49,784 nt of DNA from Candidatus Faecalibacterium faecipullorum (GCA_019118985.1 DWXX01000080.1:1-49784), one strand, 5' to 3'. Shown: positions 7,656 to 17,524, counted from the stretch's first letter. Translations and numbers: made by a program. Notes: generated by a model not told the origin, from the sequence alone.

Positions 7656-8978
7656 ATGTTGAACAAGCTGAAACGTGCGGCGCTCGGCGCGCACACGCCG
7701 CATGACAAAGCGACTGCCGCAAGTAAGCCTGTCCCGATGCCCCTGCCCGCGCAGGTGCGCATCCTGATGAGCCAGCACATCGGCGCCCCGGCGAAAGTGA
7801 CTGTCAAAAAGGGCGATGAAGTGTCGGTGGGCACGCTGATCGGCGAGGCGGGGGGCTTTGTCTCCGCCAACATCCACGCCAGCGTGTCGGGCAAGGTGAC
7901 GGCGGTCGAGCCGTTCCGCCTTGCAAACGGCAGACTGTGCGACTCGGTGGTCATCCAGACCGACGGCAAGCAGACGGTCGACCCGTCCGTCCGCCCGCCG
8001 GTGGTCACCGACAAGGCCAGTTTCCTGGCGGCGGTGCGCGGCTGCGGGCTGGTGGGTCTGGGGGGCGCAGGCTTCCCCACCGACGTCAAGCTGCAGCCCA
8101 AGAGCCCGGTGGACACCCTGCTGATCAACGCCTCTGAGTGCGAGGTCTGGCTGACCAGCGACACCCAGGAGATGCTGCAGAGCGCCGACGACATCGTCCG
8201 CGGCATCCAGGCGGTGCTGCAGTACACCGGCATCCCGCGGTGCATCATCGGCATCGAGAAGAACAAGCCTGCGTGCATCGACCTGCTCAGCCAGAAGACC
8301 GCCGGCATCGCCAACATCGACGTCAAGGCCCTGCCCAGCGTCTACGGCACCGGCGCGGAGCTGATCCTGATCGAGAAGTGCCTCGGCCGCGAGGTGCCCC
8401 ACGGCGGCCTGCCCGCCGACGCCGGCGCCATCGTCATGAACGTGACCTCGGTCAGCATGCTGGGCAAGTACCTGGCCACCGGCATGCCGGTGGTGGAGCG
8501 GATCGTCACCGTGGACGGCGACGCCTGCGCCAACCCCCAGAACCTGATCGTGCCGGTGGGTACATCCTACCAGGACGTGGTCAACGCGGCCGGCCTCAAG
8601 CCGGATGTGACCCTCGGCAAGGTGATCGCCGGCGGCGCCATGATGGGCCCCGCCGTCGAGGACCTGGGTTACCCCACCACCAAGACCACCGGCGGGCTGA
8701 TCCTGCTCAGCGAGGCGAGCGCCGCGCAGCCGGCCGCCGAGCCCTGCATCCGCTGCGGCCGCTGCATCGAGTACTGCCCGATGGGCCTGGCCCCGGTGGA
8801 GGTCAACGCCGCCTACAACGCCCGTGACGTTCAGGAGCTGGGCAAGCTGCACGTGGACTACTGCTTCAACTGCGGCTCCTGCTCCTTCGTCTGCCCGGCC
8901 AAGCGCCCCTGCACCCAGATGATGAGCCTGGCCAAGGCATATTACCTCGACGAGATCAAAAAAGGAGGCAATAAGTAA
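7656..8978 (+). CDS. rnfC: Rnf electron transport complex subunit C
   Basis: QHIGAPA, IHASVSGKV, GLGGAGFPT, two ferredoxin motifs CIRCGRCIEYCP and CFNCGSCSFVCP. Confidence 0.95.
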   Translation: MLNKLKRAALGAHTPHDKATAASKPVPMPLPAQVRILMSQHIGAPAKVTVKKGDEVSVGTLIGEAGGFVSANIHASVSGKVTAVEPFRLANGRLCDSVVIQTDGKQTVDPSVRPPVVTDKASFLAAVRGCGLVGLGGAGFPTDVKLQPKSPVDTLLINASECEVWLTSDTQEMLQSADDIVRGIQAVLQYTGIPRCIIGIEKNKPACIDLLSQKTAGIANIDVKALPSVYGTGAELILIEKCLGREVPHGGLPADAGAIVMNVTSVSMLGKYLATGMPVVERIVTVDGDACANPQNLIVPVGTSYQDVVNAAGLKPDVTLGKVIAGGAMMGPAVEDLGYPTTKTTGGLILLSEASAAQPAAEPCIRCGRCIEYCPMGLAPVEVNAAYNARDVQELGKLHVDYCFNCGSCSFVCPAKRPCTQMMSLAKAYYLDEIKKGGNK

Positions 8979-8980
8979 AA

Positions 8981-9940
8981 ATGGATACCAAGCTTATTGT
9001 TTCGGCCTCCCCGCACGTCCGCTCGGACGAGAGCACCCAGGGCCTGATGGCCAACGTCATCGTGGCGCTGTGCCCGGTGGTGGTGGCGTCGGCTGTCATC
9101 TTCGGGATGCGCGCGCTGCTGGTCACCGCCTTCTCGGTGGCCGTCTGCGTCGCGCTGGAGTGGCTGTACTGCAAGCTGCTCAAACGCAAGAACCCCATCG
9201 GGGACCTGTCGGCCGTGGTCACCGGCATCATCCTGGCCATGAATGTGCCGGTGGGGATGCCCCTGGGCCAGCTGGCGGTGGGCTGCGTGGCGGCCATCAT
9301 CGTCACCAAGCAGCTGTTCGGCGGCATCGGCATGAACTTTGCCAACCCCGCCCTGGTGGGCCGCATCGCCCTGTTCGTCAGTTTTGCCTCTGAGATGAAC
9401 GCCTGGGTCTACCCCGACGCGGCGGTGGACCAGCTGGCAAGCGCCACCCCCCTGCAGGTGGCCGACCCCAGCCGGCTGAACCTGTTCGACCTGTTCATGG
9501 GCATCCACGGCGGCGTGCTGGGCGAGACCTGCGCTTTGGCCATCCTGCTGGGCTTTATCTACCTGGTGGCCACCAGGACCATCAGCGCGGCCATCCCGGT
9601 CAGCTATGTGGGCAGCATGTTCCTGTTCTACCTCATCGCCACCCGCAGCGTCCATGAGAGCCTGGTGGAAGTGCTGAGCGGCGGGCTGCTGTTCGGCGCC
9701 GTCTTTATGGCCACCGACTATGTGACCAGCCCCTTCACCCTGAAGGGCAAGCTGCTCTACGGCATCTGCCTGGGCGCCGTCACCTTCGCCATCCGCTACT
9801 GGGGCAGCTACACCGAGGGCGTCTCCTTCGCGCTGCTGTTCATGAACCTGTGGGTCCCCTTCATCAACGATGCGACCCGCCAGACCCCCTACGGCTATGT
9901 CAAGCCGGCCAAGGCAGGAAAGGAAGGTGCGTCCAAATGA
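8981..9940 (+). CDS. rnfD: Rnf complex subunit D
   Basis: SASPH, DLSAVVTG, KQLFGGIG.N..NPAL, FMN-attachment SATPL, FMATDYVTSP. Confidence 0.95.
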   Translation: MDTKLIVSASPHVRSDESTQGLMANVIVALCPVVVASAVIFGMRALLVTAFSVAVCVALEWLYCKLLKRKNPIGDLSAVVTGIILAMNVPVGMPLGQLAVGCVAAIIVTKQLFGGIGMNFANPALVGRIALFVSFASEMNAWVYPDAAVDQLASATPLQVADPSRLNLFDLFMGIHGGVLGETCALAILLGFIYLVATRTISAAIPVSYVGSMFLFYLIATRSVHESLVEVLSGGLLFGAVFMATDYVTSPFTLKGKLLYGICLGAVTFAIRYWGSYTEGVSFALLFMNLWVPFINDATRQTPYGYVKPAKAGKEGASK

Positions 9941-10485
9941 CCAAATCTTCGAACTGGGAGAGCACCATCAAACCCATCCTGGTGCTGACGGTCAGCTCGC
10001 TGGTGGCAAGCCTTCTGCTGGCGCTGGTCAACTCGGTCACCGCGCCTGTCATCGAGGCCAACCAGAAGGCCGCCACCCTGGTGGCCTATGTCGAGGTGCT
10101 GCCCACCGTCTCGGACGCAGCTGAGCTGGAGGAGATCACCGACTACACCACCGCCGGCATCACCGGCGCGGTGCGGGCGCCCGACGGCTCGGTGGCCATC
10201 CAGGCGTCTGAGAGCGGCTACAACGGCGGCGCTGTCAACGTCATCATCGGCTTTGACACCGCCGGCACCATGACCGGCATCCACGTCGACGCCTCCAGCC
10301 AGACCAGCGGCATCGGCACCAATGTGGCGCTGCCCGACTATCTGGCGCAGTTCGACGGCCTGACCGCTGAGGCCAACATCGCCAAGGGCCAGGGCTACGA
10401 CGCCGTCGCGGGCGCGACCTATTCCACCGACGCCCTCTTCGCCGCCATCAACGACTGCATCAACTGCTACAACGAGATCGCATAA
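9937..10485 (+). CDS. rnfG: Rnf complex subunit G
   Basis: N-terminal TM helix, TAPVI, GYNGG, FMN-attachment AGATYS. ATG 9937 overlaps the rnfD stop. Confidence 0.92.
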   Translation: MTKSSNWESTIKPILVLTVSSLVASLLLALVNSVTAPVIEANQKAATLVAYVEVLPTVSDAAELEEITDYTTAGITGAVRAPDGSVAIQASESGYNGGAVNVIIGFDTAGTMTGIHVDASSQTSGIGTNVALPDYLAQFDGLTAEANIAKGQGYDAVAGATYSTDALFAAINDCINCYNEIA

Positions 10486-10504
10486 GGGAGGCTGAATCAG
10501 AACA

Positions 10505-11179
10505 ATGGCACAAGAAAAAGTCTCCAAGGTAAGCATCCTTACCAATGGTATCATCAAAGAGAACCCGGTGCTGCGGCTGGTGCTGGGCACCTGCTCGACC
10601 CTGGCGCTGACCACCTCGGTCTCCAACGCCTTCGGCATGGGCGCGGCCTTCACCTTCGTGCTGGTGCTGTCCAACGTGCTGATCGCGATGCTGCGCAAGA
10701 TCATCCCCGCCAAGGTCCACCTGCCCTGCTACATCGTCATCATCGCCAGCTTCGTCACCATCGTGCAGATGGTGATGCAGGCGTACACCGAGAGCCTGTA
10801 TGAGGCGATGGGCGTCTTTATCCCCCTGATCGTCGTCAACTGCATTATCCTGGGCCGTGCCGAGATGTTCGCCTGCAAGAACACCGTCGTGGATTCGGCC
10901 ATCGACGGCATCGGCATGGGCATCGGCTACACCCTGACGCTGCTGCTGATGAGCACCATCCGCGAGATCCTGGGCAGCGGCACCTGGCTGGGCTTCCAGA
11001 TCATGCCCGAGGGGTATGTCCCCATCGGCATCATGACCCAGGCGCCGGGCGCCTTCCTCTGCTTCGGGCTGCTGATGGGCCTGTGCATCTGGGTGGAAGA
11101 AAAGCTCGACGCCCGCATCGAGCGCAAGATCGGCTGCCAGCCCATCAAGGACCTGCAGGAAGGAGAGGATAACAAATGA
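10505..11179 (+). CDS. rnfE: Rnf complex subunit E
   Basis: GIIKENPV..LVLGTC, PLIVVNCIILGRAE, IREILG.G. Confidence 0.95.
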   Translation: MAQEKVSKVSILTNGIIKENPVLRLVLGTCSTLALTTSVSNAFGMGAAFTFVLVLSNVLIAMLRKIIPAKVHLPCYIVIIASFVTIVQMVMQAYTESLYEAMGVFIPLIVVNCIILGRAEMFACKNTVVDSAIDGIGMGIGYTLTLLLMSTIREILGSGTWLGFQIMPEGYVPIGIMTQAPGAFLCFGLLMGLCIWVEEKLDARIERKIGCQPIKDLQEGEDNK

Positions 11180-11808
11180 TCGTCAAACTCGCGGCTATCT
11201 TCTTCAGCATGATCCTGGTCAACAACTACGTGCTGGTGAAGTTTCTGGGCATCTGCCCGTTTCTCGGCGTCTCCAAAAAGCTGGACTCGTCGCTGGGCAT
11301 GTCGGGCGCCGTCATCTTCGTCATGTTCATGGCGACGGCCGTCACCTTCCCCATCCAGATCTATGTGCTGGACCCGGCGGGGCTGGGGTATCTGCAGACC
11401 ATCGTGTTCATCCTGGTCATCGCGGTGCTGGTCCAGTTCATTGAGATCTTCCTGAAAAAGTATATGGTGTCGCTGTACAACGCCCTGGGCGTCTATCTGC
11501 CGCTGATCACCACCAACTGCTGCGTGCTGGGCGTCGCCATCCTGGTGGTGGACGACTACGGCGCCGACGTGGCTGCCCTGGGCTTTGGCTGGGCTTACAT
11601 CGAGTCGCTGGTCTGCGCCGTGGGCGCGGGCGTCGGCTTCATGCTGGCCATGTGCATGTTCAGCTGCGTGCGCAAGCGGGTGGAAGTCTGTGACGCGCCC
11701 GGCCCCATGAAGGGCCTGCCCATCACCCTGGTCGCGGCGGCCATCACCAGCCTGTCCTTCATGGGCTTCGGCGGCATCGTCGAGAACCTGTTCAACGTCA
11801 CGCTGTAA
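11176..11808 (+). CDS. rnfA: Rnf complex subunit A
   Basis: NNYVLVKFLGICPFLGVS, LPLITTNC.VLG, MKGLPITL. Confidence 0.95.
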   Translation: MIVKLAAIFFSMILVNNYVLVKFLGICPFLGVSKKLDSSLGMSGAVIFVMFMATAVTFPIQIYVLDPAGLGYLQTIVFILVIAVLVQFIEIFLKKYMVSLYNALGVYLPLITTNCCVLGVAILVVDDYGADVAALGFGWAYIESLVCAVGAGVGFMLAMCMFSCVRKRVEVCDAPGPMKGLPITLVAAAITSLSFMGFGGIVENLFNVTL

Positions 11809-11826
11809 AGGAGGAGGAACCGGACT

Positions 11827-12624
11827 ATGAGTATCGTATTGGCTGTCGCCCTGTGCACCGTGGTGGGTGCGCTGGGCGCGGTGATCCTGGTGGCCGCCTC
11901 CAAGTTCATGGCCGTGGAGGAGGACCCCCGCATCGAAGAGGTGACGGGGTGCCTGGCCGGCGCCAACTGCGGCGGCTGCGGCTATGCCGGCTGCGCCGAC
12001 TATGCCAAGGCCATCGTGATGGACGGGGTGCCCTGTGACAAGTGCGCCCCCGGCGGCCCCAAGGCTGCCGCCGCCATCGGCAAGATCATGGGCGCCGAGG
12101 TGTCCGCCACCGTCAAGAAGGCGGTGGTGCAGTGCCAGGGCAACAAGGACAACTGCAAGCCCAGCTATGACTACAAGGGCATCCAGAGCTGCGCGGCGGC
12201 GGCCGCCCTCTACGGCGGGCCCAAGGACTGCTCCTTTGCCTGCGCCGGCTTTGGCGACTGCGTCAAGGCCTGCAAGTTCGACGCCATCCACGTCGTCAAC
12301 GGGGTGGCCGTGGTGGACCAGGACAAGTGCACCGGCTGCGGCGCCTGCGCGGCGGTCTGCCCCAAGCACGTCATCATGATCCAGGCGGCCGGCCCGGATA
12401 AGCCCGTGGTCATGTGCTCCAACTGCGACCGCGGCCCGGTGGCCATGAAGGAATGCGCCACCGCCTGCATCGCCTGCGGCATGTGCCAGCGCAACTGCCC
12501 GTCCGACGCCATCCACGTCACCGACAACCTGGCCCGCATCGATTACGACAAGTGCACCGGCTGCGGTACCTGCGTGGCCAAGTGCCCCAAGAAGATCATC
12601 ACCTACCCGCTGAAAAAGGCGTAA
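11827..12624 (+). CDS. rnfB: Rnf complex subunit B (polyferredoxin)
   Basis: N-terminal TM, NCGGCGYAGC, CAPGG, several CxxCxxCxxxCP motifs. Confidence 0.95.
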   Translation: MSIVLAVALCTVVGALGAVILVAASKFMAVEEDPRIEEVTGCLAGANCGGCGYAGCADYAKAIVMDGVPCDKCAPGGPKAAAAIGKIMGAEVSATVKKAVVQCQGNKDNCKPSYDYKGIQSCAAAAALYGGPKDCSFACAGFGDCVKACKFDAIHVVNGVAVVDQDKCTGCGACAAVCPKHVIMIQAAGPDKPVVMCSNCDRGPVAMKECATACIACGMCQRNCPSDAIHVTDNLARIDYDKCTGCGTCVAKCPKKIITYPLKKA

Positions 12625-12665
12625 GGCGTGGTCAGACCCGGGCGGCCGGGACAAACAGACAGCAG

Positions 12666-12707
12666 CACCCCCGCAAAAGCCGGCGCAAGCCCTTGCGGGG
12701 GTGTTTT
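12666..12707 (+). terminator. Terminator after rnfB
   Basis: CACCCCCGCAA...TTGCGGGGGTG followed by TTTT. Confidence 0.7.
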
Positions 12708-12725
12708 CAGTGAGGAGGATTTGGT

Positions 12726-13874
12726 ATGGACGAACGGCAGCTTCTGGCCCGCCGGCGGAACGCGGGCTTCGCGGCCTTTTTCTTCAGCGGGGTGTGCGCC
12801 ATCTCCAGCGGGGTGGTGGTCAGCCTGCTGCAGGAGCAGTACGGCTTTGCCTACGGCGTCACCGGCACGCTGCTCAGCCTGATGAACATCGGCAACCTGG
12901 TGGCGGGCTTTCTGTCCGGGGTGCTGCCCGGGATGCTGGGCGGGATGAAGCGCAGCGTCCTGCTGCTCAGTTTGGGGTACCTTGCGGGCTACGGGCTGAT
13001 GGGCTTTACCGGGGCGGTGGCCCTGCTGGGGCTGGGCTTCTTCCTGGTGGGGGCGGCCAAAGGGCAGGTCATCAACACCTGCACCGTCCTGGTGGGGGAC
13101 AGCAGCCCCGACCGCACCCGCGGCATGAACATCATGCACAGCTGCTACGCCTGCGGGGCGCTGCTGTGCCCCTTCGTCATCGCGGCGGCCGGCCGGGCGG
13201 GGCAGAAGGCCCCCCTGTTCCTGCTGGCGGCGCTGGGCGCGGCGCTGTGGCTGGCCTTCGCCCTCACCCCGATGGGTTCGGGCAGCAAAAAGGCCGGCGG
13301 GAAGATCGACTGGAGCTTCCTGCGCAGCGCGCGGTTCTGGCTGCTGGTGGGGCTGATCTTCTGCCAGAACGCCGCCGAGACCAGCGTCACCGGCTGGATG
13401 GTCACCTACTTCAAGGACAGCGGCATCATCGCCGGGGTGCTCAGCACCTACACCGTCACCGTCATGTGGGGGGCCACCCTCATCGCGCGGCTGCTGATCG
13501 CCTTTGTCTTCCCCTTCAAGAACCCCCGCAAGGCTATGGTGGTGATGGGGGCGGGGTGCATCGTCACCTACTTCGGGCTGATGCTGGCCCGCAGCCAGAC
13601 GCCGGCCATCGTGCTGCTGTTCGCCTTCGCCTTCGCCATGGCGGGGATGAACCCCACCGCGGTGGCGGCCGCCGGCCGGATGACCACCGTCACCAGCATC
13701 GCCATCCTGCTGCCGGCGGCAAGCCTGGGGGCCATCGTCATGCCCTGGGTGATCGGCGTGGTGGCCGAGTGCGCCGGGCTGACGGCGGGCATGGCCTCCA
13801 ACATCGTCCCCTGCGTGGGGATGCTGGTCTTTGCGGCCCTGGTGGCCCGCCTGCCGGAAGAACAGGCCGTTTAA
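12726..13874 (+). CDS. MFS transporter (fucose-permease/TsgA-like)
   Basis: About 12 hydrophobic segments; MNIMHSCYACGALLCP and E.SVTGW.VTY motifs; SD GAGGAGG. Confidence 0.85.
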   Translation: MDERQLLARRRNAGFAAFFFSGVCAISSGVVVSLLQEQYGFAYGVTGTLLSLMNIGNLVAGFLSGVLPGMLGGMKRSVLLLSLGYLAGYGLMGFTGAVALLGLGFFLVGAAKGQVINTCTVLVGDSSPDRTRGMNIMHSCYACGALLCPFVIAAAGRAGQKAPLFLLAALGAALWLAFALTPMGSGSKKAGGKIDWSFLRSARFWLLVGLIFCQNAAETSVTGWMVTYFKDSGIIAGVLSTYTVTVMWGATLIARLLIAFVFPFKNPRKAMVVMGAGCIVTYFGLMLARSQTPAIVLLFAFAFAMAGMNPTAVAAAGRMTTVTSIAILLPAASLGAIVMPWVIGVVAECAGLTAGMASNIVPCVGMLVFAALVARLPEEQAV

Positions 13875-14512
13875 CCCCGCCCGGCTTTGGCCCCGCGCTC
13901 GGCCTCGGACTGGGCGTGGCTGTACACGCACCCGCAGTAATCCTGGCGGTAGAGCCCGTACTCGGCCGACAGCTGCAGCGAGCGCAGGTAGCCGTTCTTC
14001 TTCTTGAAGTCGGAGGGCAGGTGGGGCACGCCGTACGCGGCGGCAAGCTCCTGCCCGATCTGGTTGATCCGCTCGGCGTCCTTGTGGGGGCTGATGGACA
14101 GGGTGGTGGCGAACCAGTCGAAGCCGTTGGCCGCGGCATAGGCGGCGGCGCGGCGCATCCGCAGCCGGTAGCAGGCGGTGCAGCGGGCCCCGCGCTCGGG
14201 CTCGGCTTCCAGCCCGCGGGCCGCGGCGTAGAACTCCTCAGGGTCGTAGCGGTCCTCCACCACCGTCACACCCAGGGGGTGGGCGGCGGCTACGAAGCGC
14301 TCCAGCTCTTCTTCCCGGCGGCGGTATTCGGCCGCGGGCCAGATGTTGGGGTTATAGTAGAGGATGGTGATGTCAAAATATTGGCACAACTGCTCGAGCA
14401 CCGCGCTGGAGCAGGGCCCGCAGCAGGCGTGCAGCAAAAGCCGCGGCCGGCTGCCGCCAAGGCTCTGCAGCACGCCGTCCATCTCGCGGGCATAGTTTGG
14501 TTTGGGGGGCAT
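13871..14512 (-). CDS. queH: Epoxyqueuosine reductase QueH (DUF208)
   Basis: LLLHACCGPCS, YYNPNI.P..EY..R, RCTACYRLR, TTLSISPHK, LYRQDYCGC. Confidence 0.92.
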   Translation of the reverse strand: MPPKPNYAREMDGVLQSLGGSRPRLLLHACCGPCSSAVLEQLCQYFDITILYYNPNIWPAAEYRRREEELERFVAAAHPLGVTVVEDRYDPEEFYAAARGLEAEPERGARCTACYRLRMRRAAAYAAANGFDWFATTLSISPHKDAERINQIGQELAAAYGVPHLPSDFKKKNGYLRSLQLSAEYGLYRQDYCGCVYSHAQSEAERGAKAGRG

Positions 14513-14531
14513 TGTCGTTCACCTCACACAC

Positions 14532-14560
14532 AGTATAGCACGTCCGCGCGTTTTGCGCAA
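14532..14560 (-). promoter_or_regulatory. SigA promoter of queH
   Basis: TTGCGC-17 bp-TATACT with TG extension. Confidence 0.6.
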
Positions 14561-14574
14561 AAGGAGAGACACCC

Positions 14575-14784
14575 ATGACACAGGAAAAGATCGACCGCAT
14601 CAACGCCCTGGCCCGCAAGAGCAAGACCCCCGCCGGGCTGACCGAGGCCGAACAGGCCGAGCGCCAGGCGCTGCGGCAGGAATACATCGCCGAGATGCGC
14701 GCATCCCTCGCCGCGCAGCTGGACAATACCGTCATCCAGGAGCCGGACGGCACCCGCCACCGCCTGACCCGCCGCAAAAACTGA
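14575..14784 (+). CDS. DUF896/UPF0291 (YnzC-like) small protein
   Basis: KIDRINALARKSK...GLTEAEQAERQALRQEYI family signature; SD AGGAG. Confidence 0.9.
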   Translation: MTQEKIDRINALARKSKTPAGLTEAEQAERQALRQEYIAEMRASLAAQLDNTVIQEPDGTRHRLTRRKN

Positions 14785-14960
14785 GCCCGGGGCGAAAAAT
14801 TCGCGCCCGGCCCTTCCTTTGCGGGGCAAAGCGTGGTACAATAAACCTGTATGTGCAGGCGCTGCCTGCCCATGCGCAAAAAAGCGAAACAGGGCGGCGC
14901 ATCCCGGGCAAGGTGCGCGGAAAAGGCCGCCCTTTGGTGCAACTGAAGAGGTCAACGATT

Positions 14961-16253
14961 ATGCTTACTGCAATCACTGGGATCAACTGGGGCGACGAGG
15001 GCAAGGGCCGTATGGTCGACCTGCTCAGCCAGGACTACGACATCGTGGTGCGCTACCAGGGCGGCAACAACGCCGGCCACACCGTCAAGAACGAGCGGGG
15101 CAAGTTCGTTTTGAACCTGCTGCCCTCGGGCATCCTGCGGCCGGACGTGGTCTGCGTCATGGGCAACGGGATGGTGGTGGACCCCCACCACCTGGACGGC
15201 GAGATCACCCACCTGCGCGAGCAGGGGATCGCCGTCAGCCCCGCAAACCTCAAAATCTCCGACCGGGCCACCATCACCATGCCCTACCACGTCCTGCAGG
15301 ACGGGCTGGAAGAGGCCCGCCTGGCCAAGACCGGGGCGCAGTTCGGCTCGACCAAGCGGGGCATCGCCTACGTCTACGGCGACAAGTACATGAAAAAGAC
15401 CCTGCGGATGGGCGACCTGCTGCACATGGACGACGAGGTGCACAAACGCCTGGAGACCATGGTGGAGTCCAAAAACCTGGTGATGGAGGGCAGCTACGGT
15501 GCCGACCCCATCAGCGTGGACGAGATGTGGGCCTGGCTGGAAAAGTACGCCGCCGTCTTCAAGGATTACATCTGCGACGCCGGGGCCTACCTCGACGAGG
15601 CCGACCGCGCCGGCAAGAAGATCCTCTTCGAGGCGCAGCTGGGCGCGCTGCGGGACGTCGACTTCGGCATCTACCCCTACACCACCTCCTCCAACGTCAT
15701 CGGGGCGTACGCCCCCATCGGCGCGGGTATCCCCGGCCGCAAGCTGGACTGGTCCATCGGCATCATGAAGGCCTATTCCTCCTGCGTGGGGGACGGCCCC
15801 TTCGCCGCCGAGCTGGCCATGACCGAGGAGGAAAAGCACCATCTGCGGGAGGCCGGCCATGAGTACGGCGCCGCCACCGGGCGGCCCCGCCGTGTGGGCC
15901 CCATCGACCTGGTGGCCAGCCGGTACGGCGTGGCCTGCCAGGGCTGCGACGAGGTGGCCCTGACCCTGCTGGATGTGCTGGACTACATGGAGCGTGTGCC
16001 CGTCGTCACCGGCTACAAGCTGGAGGACGGCAGCGTGACCACCCGCTTCCCGATGGGCAAGGCGCTGGACACCGCCCAGCCGGTGGTGGAGTACCTGCCC
16101 GGCTGGCACTGCGATATCACCGCCGCCCGCAAGTGGGAGGACCTGCCCGCCGCGGCGCAGGACTACGTCCGCTACCTTGAGCAGGCGGTGGGCTGCAAGA
16201 TCACCTACATCTCGGTGGGGGCTGAGCGGGAGGCTTATATCCACCGCGCCTGA
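14961..16253 (+). CDS. purA: Adenylosuccinate synthetase
   Basis: WGDEGKG, RYQGGNNAGHT, LLPSG, FGIYPYTTSSN, EYGAATGRPRRVG. Start ATG 14961 after GAGG. Confidence 0.96.
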   Translation: MLTAITGINWGDEGKGRMVDLLSQDYDIVVRYQGGNNAGHTVKNERGKFVLNLLPSGILRPDVVCVMGNGMVVDPHHLDGEITHLREQGIAVSPANLKISDRATITMPYHVLQDGLEEARLAKTGAQFGSTKRGIAYVYGDKYMKKTLRMGDLLHMDDEVHKRLETMVESKNLVMEGSYGADPISVDEMWAWLEKYAAVFKDYICDAGAYLDEADRAGKKILFEAQLGALRDVDFGIYPYTTSSNVIGAYAPIGAGIPGRKLDWSIGIMKAYSSCVGDGPFAAELAMTEEEKHHLREAGHEYGAATGRPRRVGPIDLVASRYGVACQGCDEVALTLLDVLDYMERVPVVTGYKLEDGSVTTRFPMGKALDTAQPVVEYLPGWHCDITAARKWEDLPAAAQDYVRYLEQAVGCKITYISVGAEREAYIHRA

Positions 16254-16301
16254 GCCGCCGCCCCAAAGACCCGGACCCCCGGGGGAAGGAGGAGAAAGAC
16301 C

Positions 16302-17204
16302 ATGTTCGACATCATAACCGACAGCGCCTGCGACCTGACCGACCAGCAGGTGCGGCAGCTGCGGCTGACGGTGGTGCCCTTTTACGTCTCGACCGACGGG
16401 GAGCACTACCTGAAAGAAGGGCAGGAGATGCCTGTGCGGGAGTTCTACCAGTTCATGGTGGACCACCCCGAGGTGCTGCCCAAGACCAGCCTGCCCTCGC
16501 TGGAGGATTATGAGACGGTCTTTCGCGCCAAGGCGGCCGAGGGGCGCCCGGCGCTCTGCCTGTGCTTCACCGGCAAGATGAGCGGCGGGGTGGGCAGCGC
16601 CCGCAACGCCCGCGCGCTTGTGCTGGAGGACTACCCCGACGCCGTCATCGAGGTGGTGGACACCGCCGCCGCCACCGTCAGCGAGGGGGCGACGGTGCTG
16701 AACGCCGCCGCCATGCGGGACGCCGGCTGCACCCTGGCCGAGACCCTGACCTGGCTGGAGGGCACCCGCCCCACCAACCAGATCTTCTTCACGGTGGGCA
16801 ACCTCGACTACCTGATCAAGGGCGGGCGGATCGGCAAGGTGACCGGCCGGGCTGCCAACTTTTTGAACGTCAAGCCGATGATCCACTTCGCCGAAGGGGA
16901 GATATTCTCGGGCGGGATGGCCCGCGGCCGCCAAAAGAGCATGGAGAAGGCCATCGACCAGCTGCTGGGCTACCTGGCCGACCGCAACGCCGACCCCGAC
17001 GACTACCGCATCATCGCCGGCTACGGCTACGACGCCGACGAGGGCCGCCGCTTCTGGATGCAGCTGCGGGCCGCGCTGCGGGCCAAGTACCCCTCCAGCG
17101 CCTGCGAGGCGGAGCTGCTGCAGATCGGCGCGACCATCGCCGTCCACACCGGGCCCTACGCCCTGGGCGTGGGCGTCGCCCGCCGCTGGAAACCCAAGCC
17201 GTAA
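16302..17204 (+). CDS. DegV family fatty-acid-binding protein (FakB-like)
   Basis: IITDSACDL, PKTSLPS, LDYLIKGGRIG, NVKPMI, IAVHTGP. Confidence 0.93.
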   Translation: MFDIITDSACDLTDQQVRQLRLTVVPFYVSTDGEHYLKEGQEMPVREFYQFMVDHPEVLPKTSLPSLEDYETVFRAKAAEGRPALCLCFTGKMSGGVGSARNARALVLEDYPDAVIEVVDTAAATVSEGATVLNAAAMRDAGCTLAETLTWLEGTRPTNQIFFTVGNLDYLIKGGRIGKVTGRAANFLNVKPMIHFAEGEIFSGGMARGRQKSMEKAIDQLLGYLADRNADPDDYRIIAGYGYDADEGRRFWMQLRAALRAKYPSSACEAELLQIGATIAVHTGPYALGVGVARRWKPKP

Positions 17205-17245
17205 GCGGAGCAAAACAGCGTACATCCAATACCCATCAAACACAG

Positions 17246-17279
17246 AACCCCCGGGGCGCCAGAACGCCCCGGGGGTTTT
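17246..17279. terminator. Bidirectional terminator between degV and tRNA-Val
   Basis: AACCCCCGGGGCG-CCAGAA-CGCCCCGGGGGTT plus T run. Confidence 0.85.
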
Positions 17280-17355
17280 TGGTGGACGGTACAGGACTCG
17301 AACCTGTGACCTCCTGCACGTCAAGCAGATGCTCTACCAGCTGAGCTAACCGTCC
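17280..17355 (-). tRNA. tRNA-Val (GAC)
   Basis: GGACGGTTAGCTCAGCTGGTAGAGCATCTGCTT-GAC-GTGCAGGAGGTCACAGGTTCGAGTCCTGTACCGTCCACCA: 76 nt, D and T loops, encoded CCA. Confidence 0.97.
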
Positions 17356-17438
17356 AGATACACACCGCACACGTACAGTTCACACACAACACAACAAAAC
17401 GAAAAGAGGAAAAACATACTGTGCGGTGCGGCTTAGTT

Positions 17439-17467
17439 ATGATACCACACCCGGGGCCGGATTGCAA
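17439..17467 (-). promoter_or_regulatory. SigA promoter of tRNA-Val
   Basis: TTGCAA-17 bp-TATCAT with TG extension. Confidence 0.75.
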
Positions 17468-17524
17468 GGGGGGCAAAGCAAAAAGTGCAAAAAATGAAAA
17501 ATCTGCGCCCCGCCCGGCCGCCGA

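Noticed and set aside
14502-14960. 153-aa N-terminal extension of PurA in the ORF track
   Set aside because: It overlaps the DUF896 gene and the purA promoter; family similarity and SD begin at 14961. The same applies to the extended starts shown for ackA, rnfG, the ABC exporter, UPF0340 and DUF5711.
17246-17355. tRNA-Val as an integration site
   Set aside because: Its 3' end runs straight into a terminator and degV; no duplicated 3' end or integrase is seen.
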